DNA from: Candidatus Latescibacterota bacterium
GTDB lineage: Bacteria; Latescibacterota; UBA2968; UBA8231
Assembly: GCA_965203175.1 (NCBI GenBank)
Contig: OZ241867.1
Coordinates: 1,120,001-1,184,000, forward strand
Direction: 5' to 3'
Length of the DNA: 64,000 nucleotides
The position numbers and the translations under genes are program-made. Positions 57,227-64,000 of the stretch are shown here, one piece after another. The notes under the pieces are model-generated. The model had not been told where the DNA came from. It did not search any database and was given only the letters and a program-made list of their open reading frames with translations. Position 1 is the first letter of the stretch, and each line of letters opens with the position of its first letter.

Positions 57227-58402
57227 ATGCGGATCACCAGAGTCAAGACGTACATCGTAGACGGCGGTTTCCGTCCCTGGACCTTCGTGAAGATCGAGAC
57301 CAGCGACCCGGGCCTCGTGGGGTGGGGGGACTGCACCGACTGGGGCTCGCCCGGACCCGTGGCGGCGATGGTAGAACGGTACGCTGAGCGGATTATCGGC
57401 AAGGACCCCATGGCGAGCGAGGCGATCTGGTGGGAATTATCCGCCTTCTCGGTTCGCCACACGGGAGGCATTGCCTACAAGGCGATGTCCGGCATTGACT
57501 CGGCTCTGTGGGACATCCGCGGCAAGGTTCTAAACGCGCCCGTATGGCAACTGCTCGGCGGCCGCATGCGGGACCGGCTCCGGCTTTACTGGTCTCACTG
57601 CGGTTCGACCCGGGCTGGACCATGGGCGCAGAAATTGGGGCTGCGGCCGGTGCGGACTATCGCCGACTTGGAGGATTTGGCCAGAGAGGTGCTAGAGCGC
57701 GGCTTCACGGCGATCAAGACAAACCTGATGCCCTTGGAGGACGATCCCGAGGGCACTGGTGTGCCGAGTGGCGTCGGCGATGCACCCTCCTCGGTCCTGC
57801 GCCACGCGGAGCGAATAATCGGCACCTTCCGGGAGACCCTCGGACCGGATGTGGGGATCGCGCTGGATGTGGGATTTCACTTCAAGTTGGGCGGCGCGGC
57901 GCGACTCGCTAGGGCCTTGGAGCCGTACGACCTGATGTGGCTTGAGACGGAGACCCTAGACGCGACGGCGCTGCGGACCATCCGCGAGTCCACGACCACG
58001 ACGATCTGCACCGGCGAGAGCCTGTTTGGCACCGCCGACTTTCGACCTTTCCTCGAACTCCACGCCCAAGACATCGTCATGCCCGACCTAGCCTGGAACG
58101 GAGTCGCAATGGGCCGGCGGCTCGCCGACTTAGCTCACGCTTATGACGTGCTATTCGCTCCCCACAACTGCCACAGCCCGCTGACGACGTTGGTGTCGGC
58201 CAATGTCTGCGCCACCGTGCCCAATTTTTACATCCTCGAATTTGATGTGGACGATGCGCCGTGGCGGGACGACCTGATGAGTCATCCCTTCGAAGTGCAG
58301 GATGGGCACCTGATTCTACCGGAACGGCCCGGTCTAGGATCGGACTTGATCGAATCCGAACTCGAGAAGCACCCCCCCGACCACTACCCCGACGCGCGCT
58401 GA
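57227..58402 (+). CDS. Mandelate racemase/muconate lactonizing enzyme family, acid-sugar dehydratase-like
   Basis: SGIDSALWDIRGK..NAPVWQLLGG, GFTAIK, TGE, APHN, PGLG. Confidence 0.92.
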   Translation: MRITRVKTYIVDGGFRPWTFVKIETSDPGLVGWGDCTDWGSPGPVAAMVERYAERIIGKDPMASEAIWWELSAFSVRHTGGIAYKAMSGIDSALWDIRGKVLNAPVWQLLGGRMRDRLRLYWSHCGSTRAGPWAQKLGLRPVRTIADLEDLAREVLERGFTAIKTNLMPLEDDPEGTGVPSGVGDAPSSVLRHAERIIGTFRETLGPDVGIALDVGFHFKLGGAARLARALEPYDLMWLETETLDATALRTIRESTTTTICTGESLFGTADFRPFLELHAQDIVMPDLAWNGVAMGRRLADLAHAYDVLFAPHNCHSPLTTLVSANVCATVPNFYILEFDVDDAPWRDDLMSHPFEVQDGHLILPERPGLGSDLIESELEKHPPDHYPDAR

Positions 58403-58406
58403 TGTT

Positions 58407-60389
58407 ATGACTACGCAGGGGCAGCCGGATTTGCCGGCTGGTGGAGGGCGCGTGTTTACCGTGCGCGCCTTTCTCTTGGGTTGCCTGCTGACGGCGTTCC
58501 TTGGAACTGGCCCGCTCTATGTCCAGTTCGTCCATCACACGGCACCGCTCAACGCCGACTCCATCACAGCCGGCGCCGTGTTCCTGTTTTTCCTGCTCAC
58601 CTTTGTAGTCAACACCATACTGCGGAAAATCCATCCTCCCTGGGTGTTTACAACGGGCGAACTCGTCGTCATCTACACCATGATGATCGTGGCTTCCACG
58701 ATCCCGACGAAGACGCTGATGGCGAATATGATCCCCGTCCTGCCAGGAGCTTCTTACTACGCCACGCCGGAGAACGAATGGGCCGAACTGATCTTGCCCT
58801 TGATCCCGGATTGGATAGGACCCCACGACCCACTCGCAATAAAGTATTTCTACGAAGGCGCTCCCTCCCACGTCTCGGTTCCGTGGGGGGCGTGGCTAGT
58901 GCCCTTCGCGGCCTGGGGGATTTTCATCGCCTCCTTCTTTGCCGTGATGATCAGCAGCATGGTGATCGTCCGGCGTCAATGGGTGGAGCACGAGCGACTC
59001 GTCTTCCCCTTGACCCAAGTGCCGCTGGAGATGCTCCAGCCTCCCCAAACAGGGCACATCCTAGGATCCCTTTTTCGGAAACCGCTGCTGTGGATTGGGA
59101 TTGCGCTGCCTTGGATCGTGCTGAGCACGCACGGGCTGCATGCCTATTTCAACTACATCCCTAGGATCGAGACAAACACCTACTTCGAGCTATTCAGAGA
59201 TACCACCCCGTTCCGCATTCTCCTGAGCTTTTCCGTTATCGGGTTTACCTACCTAGTGAATCTAGAAATCGGATTTAGCCTCTGGTTCTTCCACGTGCTG
59301 ATGAAGCTACAGTCGGGCTTGCTGAACATTATTGGCTACGACATTCCAGGGCGCGAAGAGGTCTTTGTCGGCGGGGGGGGGACGGTCGCAGTCGGCCACG
59401 AGGCGATGGGGGCCACCATCGCACTGGTTTTGTTCGTCCTGTGGACGAGTCGCCGACATCTAACCTCGGTCTTCGGCAAAGCCTTCGGCACCGCCCCACA
59501 CGTGGATGACAGGGACGAGATCATGTCCTACCGGGCAGCGGTGATTACTCTATTGGTCGGGTTAGTCGGCATGGGTCTGTGGCTCAACGCTAGCGGGATG
59601 CCGCTGTGGCTCACGCCCTTCTTCGTGGCTACCGCCTTTGCCGCATTCTTCGCCCTGACCCGGATCATCGCCGAAGGCGGCGTCGGCTTTTCTCGGACTC
59701 AACTCGTCCCGGCCGTGTTCACAGTTTACACCTTTGGGACTGGGCTCGTGGGGCCTACGGGACTAACCAGCCTAGGCTTCACCTATACTTGGAGCTCCGA
59801 GATCCGCTCCCCTCTGATGGCGTCGGTAATGCACGCGCTGAAAATGATGGACAGCATTGGCGTTCGCCGGCCGCGGCCTCTCTTAGGTGCCATTGTGCTG
59901 GCGGCGCTGATCGGCACGATCTGTTCGGGCCTGATGACCGTGTGGCTCGCCTATACATACGGAGGAATCAATCTGCAGCGCTGGGCTTTCTTGGGATTGC
60001 CCCAGACTATCTTCGGGTTCGTGGGAGACAAGCTGCAGAACCCCCTCGGCAGCGACATCACCCTGCCGCGGATCGCCTTTGCGGGGCTGGGCGGCACAAT
60101 CATGGCTGGACTGATGTACGCCCGGCACCGGTTTATCAACTGGCCACTTCACTATCTAGGGCTACCCATCGCCACGTCGTTGCCGATCAGCGTGGGTTGG
60201 TTCAGTATTATGATCGGGTGGCTGTTTAAGCTGTTTATCGTGCGCTATGGAGGGGTACGTCTGTACCGGACAGTACGGCCCTTCTTCATCGGCCTGATCG
60301 CGGGACAGATTAGCTGCGGCGCGAGCTGGATGGTGCTAGACTACTTGACGGGCATGGTCGGCAATTGGGTGAGTGTGGGGGTGCCTTGA
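58407..60389 (+). CDS. Multi-pass membrane protein, DUF6785/DUF6784-like putative transporter
   Basis: Many TM segments; EL..IY.M, PW..W..P, RRQW.EHERL.FPL, WPLH.LG, RPFFIGLI.G. Confidence 0.7.
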   Translation: MTTQGQPDLPAGGGRVFTVRAFLLGCLLTAFLGTGPLYVQFVHHTAPLNADSITAGAVFLFFLLTFVVNTILRKIHPPWVFTTGELVVIYTMMIVASTIPTKTLMANMIPVLPGASYYATPENEWAELILPLIPDWIGPHDPLAIKYFYEGAPSHVSVPWGAWLVPFAAWGIFIASFFAVMISSMVIVRRQWVEHERLVFPLTQVPLEMLQPPQTGHILGSLFRKPLLWIGIALPWIVLSTHGLHAYFNYIPRIETNTYFELFRDTTPFRILLSFSVIGFTYLVNLEIGFSLWFFHVLMKLQSGLLNIIGYDIPGREEVFVGGGGTVAVGHEAMGATIALVLFVLWTSRRHLTSVFGKAFGTAPHVDDRDEIMSYRAAVITLLVGLVGMGLWLNASGMPLWLTPFFVATAFAAFFALTRIIAEGGVGFSRTQLVPAVFTVYTFGTGLVGPTGLTSLGFTYTWSSEIRSPLMASVMHALKMMDSIGVRRPRPLLGAIVLAALIGTICSGLMTVWLAYTYGGINLQRWAFLGLPQTIFGFVGDKLQNPLGSDITLPRIAFAGLGGTIMAGLMYARHRFINWPLHYLGLPIATSLPISVGWFSIMIGWLFKLFIVRYGGVRLYRTVRPFFIGLIAGQISCGASWMVLDYLTGMVGNWVSVGVP

Positions 60390-60485
60390 TCTTTGCCACT
60401 GGCAAGCGGACGACCAGGGGAACTATGAGAATATGGGAACATTCTGTCGCCACTCGCAGGCGACACAATCATCAAAGGAGAGCGT

Positions 60486-61571
60486 ATGAAAAGGTGGATA
60501 GTTGTAACTGTACTAATAACGGCCTTGCTCCCTGGCCTTTGGATGGGGGAAGCGGGAGGGGCTGAGCGGCCTGTGGTTACTCTTCGCGGCGAGCTAGCGC
60601 ATTTGTCCATCGATCTAGCAGGTGGCGGTATCGTCGATTTTCACCTGCTGTCCAACGGCATCAATCCGCTCAAGTGGGAGGGCGAGGGGGGTGAGTTGGA
60701 GCCGCGCAATCGGGGGCACTTCCTGTGTCTGGACCGCGTGGGCCGTCCGTCGGCCGCGGAGCAGGCCAATGGCATGCCCTTCCACGGCGAGGCGGGGAGC
60801 AGTATGTGGGAACTCGTCGGCGAGCCGGAAAAACAAGGCGATGCCGTAGTGGTGGAAATGAGCACCCATCTGCCATTGGCGGGGATGCAGGTGCGGCGCA
60901 TCGTGAGGCTAGAAGGAGCTCATTTCAGTGTTCGCGAAGAGGTAACTAATACCAATGCGCTAGGGCGCATATACAACATCGTCCAGCATCCCACAATCGG
61001 GCCGCCTTTCCTCGACGAGAACACACTGGTGGACGCCAATGCGCGCAAGGGATTCATGCTCAGTAGTCCCATGCCGAACCCGGAGGAGCCATCCGTGTAC
61101 TGGCCCCAGGCCCTCGACGCAGGGATGCCGGTTGACATGCGCCGGCTCGTGGACGACCAAGAACCAGCCGTGGTCGTCTACGTGATCGACGACGAATACG
61201 GCTGGACTACCGCCACTGCGCCGGGGCACGGCCTGCTCTTGGGCTACCTTTGGAAGACTGCTGAGTACCCTTGGTTCAGAGCGTGGCGTCACATCCGCAA
61301 CGGCCGTCCTTTCGCCCGAGGTCTTGAGTTTGGCACTACGGGACCGGGAACACCCTTCGGCTTCCTCGTGGAAAAGGGACGCATCTTCGGCCGCACCCTC
61401 TTTGACTACATCGACGCCGGCAAGACAATCAGTCGATCGTATGTCGCTTTCCTCGTCGAAGTGCCAAGCGACTTTGCCGGCGTTGAGCGGATTGACTACG
61501 ACGGTACGCAAGTGGAACTAAAAGAGTGGGAGGGAACGCGACGCCTTTCGCTTGAGGTTGGAGGCCTGTAG
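60486..61571 (+). CDS. Exported hypothetical protein, galactose-mutarotase-like fold
   Basis: Signal peptide; GHFLCLD, MPFHGEA, QHPTIG, YPW…W, GLEFGT. Confidence 0.55.
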   Translation: MKRWIVVTVLITALLPGLWMGEAGGAERPVVTLRGELAHLSIDLAGGGIVDFHLLSNGINPLKWEGEGGELEPRNRGHFLCLDRVGRPSAAEQANGMPFHGEAGSSMWELVGEPEKQGDAVVVEMSTHLPLAGMQVRRIVRLEGAHFSVREEVTNTNALGRIYNIVQHPTIGPPFLDENTLVDANARKGFMLSSPMPNPEEPSVYWPQALDAGMPVDMRRLVDDQEPAVVVYVIDDEYGWTTATAPGHGLLLGYLWKTAEYPWFRAWRHIRNGRPFARGLEFGTTGPGTPFGFLVEKGRIFGRTLFDYIDAGKTISRSYVAFLVEVPSDFAGVERIDYDGTQVELKEWEGTRRLSLEVGGL

Positions 61572-61576
61572 CAATT

Positions 61577-63361
61577 ATGGCTATCAAACCGAATTCCCTT
61601 TTCATCGCATCGAAATCAGCGGTCCTGCTGTTTCTTACTTGCAGCATGGGATTGCTGGCCTGTGCGGAAGAGAGGCCGGGCAAGACGGGGCAGGAGGGAA
61701 CCCGATCCATTCCGCGAGAACGCACGCTCGTCACGCACTGCTCGGACATAAATACCTGCGGCGGACAGATCGTCGATTACAATACCTTCAACCCTTTTCT
61801 CCTCGGTTCGTCCTCCCGCACCGGTGCGCACTTCCTGTACGAACCGCTGTATTTCTACAGCGCCTATGACGAGGACGACCAGCTCGTCCCGTGGATCGCC
61901 ACCGGACACGAGTACAACCAAGACTTCACGCAGGTTGTGGTTCACATCCGACAGGGCGTAACGTGGAGCGACGGCACTCCGTGGACCGCCGCGGATTTGG
62001 CCTATACAGTCGCAGCCCTCAAGGAGAACGCCCCCGAACTATTCCTGTCCACCGACATGGAGACCTGGGTCGAGCGCGTGGAAGTAGAAGACGAGCTGAC
62101 CGCGCGGTTCGTGCTCAAGCAACCCAATCCGCGCTTTGTGTTCAACTATCTGACAAACTGCTTCTTCAACGGGATCGCGGTTGTTCCCAAGCACATCTGG
62201 GAAGGCGAAGACCCCAAGACCTTTGAGAATTGCTGTGGCGAGGGCCAGCCGGTCGTCAGCGGTCCCTTTCGCCTCAGTCTGTCGGTCCCGCAGCAGCGCA
62301 TTCTCACCAGGAGAGATGACTGGTGGGCGGCCGAGATCGGCTTCCATGCCTTGCCCGAAGTCGAGCAACTCATCTTTCTCCCCTACATGGACGAGGCCAA
62401 GCGCGTTCAGGCTCTAATCAGCAACGACATCGACATCTCTCTGGACCTGCGCCCTCCCAATATCAAAACGGCCCTCGATGAGAATGCCAATATCGTTTCT
62501 TGGACGGGTGAAGCGCCGCCCTACGGGTACGTCGACTGGTGGCCGGTCAACCTCGGGTTCAACAACCTAGAGGAGCCCTTCCGCGATGCGCAGATCCGCC
62601 ACGCCATCAATCACGCCATCAATCGCGACGAACTAGTGGCAGTTGGCTGGCAGGGAGCAGGAAAAGCGAATTTTCTTCCCTTCCCCAATTTTCCGGCACT
62701 ACAACAGTACCTCGACGAGATCGCGCCGCTGGTAGAAAAGTACAGCGTGGCGGCGTACGACACGGCTCGGACGGCCGCCATAATGAGGGCTAAGGGATGG
62801 AAGCGGGATGAGGAAGGGTTCTGGGCGCAAGACGGTGCTCGCTTCAAAATCCCCATTGATATTGGCACTGTGCACCAAGATCTGGCACCGGTACTAGTGG
62901 CACAACTTAGGCGAGCTGGGTTCAATGCGAGTCATCGCATGACAGCCGATAGCATAACGCGCATGGCCCAGGGGACCGCAAGGGCCTTTATGATGGGAAG
63001 CGTCGGTTCAATTCGCGATCCCTACTTCACGCTCAACTTTTTCCACAGCCGCTACGTCCAGCCCACCGGAACCCACTCCGAGCGCTATTGGCGCTGGCGC
63101 AATGCCGAATTCGACCAGCTAGTGGACCGCATGGGACGCACACCGCCGGATGATCCAAAGCTAGTGGAACTGTTTCGCGCGGCCATGGACATCTGGTTGC
63201 GCGAGTTGCCCGCTATCCCTTTAATCCAGTGGTACCATCGAATTCCCCACAACCAGACCTACTGGACCAACTGGCCCTCGGAAGAAAACCCTTATACCAA
63301 CAGCGCCTACTGGCACAAGACGTGGCTACTGGTGCTCCTGGGGATCAAAGCAGCGAGATGA
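61577..63361 (+). CDS. ABC substrate-binding lipoprotein, family 5 (peptide/oligosaccharide)
   Basis: Lipobox LLAC; YEPL, PWIA, GVTWSDG.P.TA.D, R.AIN.AINR. Confidence 0.9.
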   Translation: MAIKPNSLFIASKSAVLLFLTCSMGLLACAEERPGKTGQEGTRSIPRERTLVTHCSDINTCGGQIVDYNTFNPFLLGSSSRTGAHFLYEPLYFYSAYDEDDQLVPWIATGHEYNQDFTQVVVHIRQGVTWSDGTPWTAADLAYTVAALKENAPELFLSTDMETWVERVEVEDELTARFVLKQPNPRFVFNYLTNCFFNGIAVVPKHIWEGEDPKTFENCCGEGQPVVSGPFRLSLSVPQQRILTRRDDWWAAEIGFHALPEVEQLIFLPYMDEAKRVQALISNDIDISLDLRPPNIKTALDENANIVSWTGEAPPYGYVDWWPVNLGFNNLEEPFRDAQIRHAINHAINRDELVAVGWQGAGKANFLPFPNFPALQQYLDEIAPLVEKYSVAAYDTARTAAIMRAKGWKRDEEGFWAQDGARFKIPIDIGTVHQDLAPVLVAQLRRAGFNASHRMTADSITRMAQGTARAFMMGSVGSIRDPYFTLNFFHSRYVQPTGTHSERYWRWRNAEFDQLVDRMGRTPPDDPKLVELFRAAMDIWLRELPAIPLIQWYHRIPHNQTYWTNWPSEENPYTNSAYWHKTWLLVLLGIKAAR

Positions 63362-63381
63362 CCGAAATGTAGGTAGCCATA

Positions 63382-63528
63382 GCGACAAAACCGTTGCAGA
63401 TTTGACTTATGTGGCTTTGGGTCGTTGTGCAATCGCAGTTTTATGACTATACCGGAGGAAACGCTATGTCCAATAATCGGCTTTCCAAAGACAGTATAGC
63501 AATTGCGTCAGCGATAGTTTTGCTGCTG
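63382..63528 (+). repeat. Promoter+RBS+signal-peptide header, copy 2
   Basis: Similar to 34450-34592. Confidence 0.85.
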
Positions 63529-64000
63529 ACGATGCTGGCGGGATGGGCGCACGGGCAAACGGGCGAGTGGCTGCAATTGCGCGGCGACCGCCACATGAGC
63601 GGCCGGGCCTCGGGAGTCGGTCAAATCCACGACCTGCCACAAGAGCGATGGCGCTACGACATCGCCGCTTGGGAAGGCTATGTGGAAGTGGAGCAGCACG
63701 CCGGCGACGCCTCCGTGGCCCTGCCCTTTGCCGCTCCGGTAGATCCCGGGTACATCGGCACCCAAGGGCGGGCCTGGGGGGTTGGGCCGCAGGTTTTCGA
63801 CCTCGGCGGTAGCGAGGTGGTCATGCCGGTGGACAATGTCTTCAAAGTGGCCCAGATCCTGCCCGGGGTAGAGGGCTTGCAGCGCTTTGAGATGGGAAAT
63901 TCTTTCAGCGACGGCGGAGCCGATCCCAAGCACGGCTGGCTGCTCGCGTACGACGGCGACGAGCCTCGGGTAGTGTGGGAAACCGAGTTCTTTACCAATA
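63466..64000 (+). CDS. Exported protein, possible beta-propeller; runs off window end
   Basis: RBS GGAGG; MSNNRLSKDSIAIASAIVLLLTMLAGWAHG then EWLQLRGDRHMSG…ERWRY (PQQ-like start); absent from ORF track because it has no stop in the window. Confidence 0.65.
   Translation, partial: MSNNRLSKDSIAIASAIVLLLTMLAGWAHGQTGEWLQLRGDRHMSGRASGVGQIHDLPQERWRYDIAAWEGYVEVEQHAGDASVALPFAAPVDPGYIGTQGRAWGVGPQVFDLGGSEVVMPVDNVFKVAQILPGVEGLQRFEMGNSFSDGGADPKHGWLLAYDGDEPRVVWETEFFTN

Overview
GC-rich bacterial window. Gene content (several PhyH dioxygenases, Gfo/Idh/MocA, sulfatase, CRTAC1/FG-GAP, FlgD-Ig proteins, DUF6785-like transporter) resembles Ca. Latescibacterota/Handelsmanbacteria/Poribacteria-type genomes; this is an inference. 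Two regions stand out. (1) A 5,410-bp AT-rich IS1595-family cargo element (6207-11616) with 23-bp imperfect TIRs and an 8-bp TSD (CACCAGAT) splits an Ldh_2-family gene. It carries a second, internal right end, a promoter-driven ~150-240-nt highly structured RNA, a mini-HNH nuclease followed by a consensus promoter and structured RNA, and two divergent copies of a [Cas2/ferredoxin-like protein + coiled-coil/TM protein] module reminiscent of GhoS/GhoT or a defence pair. (2) A ~29-kb same-strand block (34.5-63.4 kb) lies between two diverged copies of a promoter+RBS+signal-peptide header. It encodes a candidate undescribed surface-protein export/display system: a PPIase lipoprotein, three paralogues with T9SS type-B-like PNGDG/FlgD-Ig C-termini ending VVY, two paralogous ~890-aa acidic putative outer-membrane partners, a GT39-TPR protein and a protein with a 'TSWARVKA' tail. 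No rRNA, tRNA or CRISPR array was seen. Family calls are from motif recognition, not database searches.
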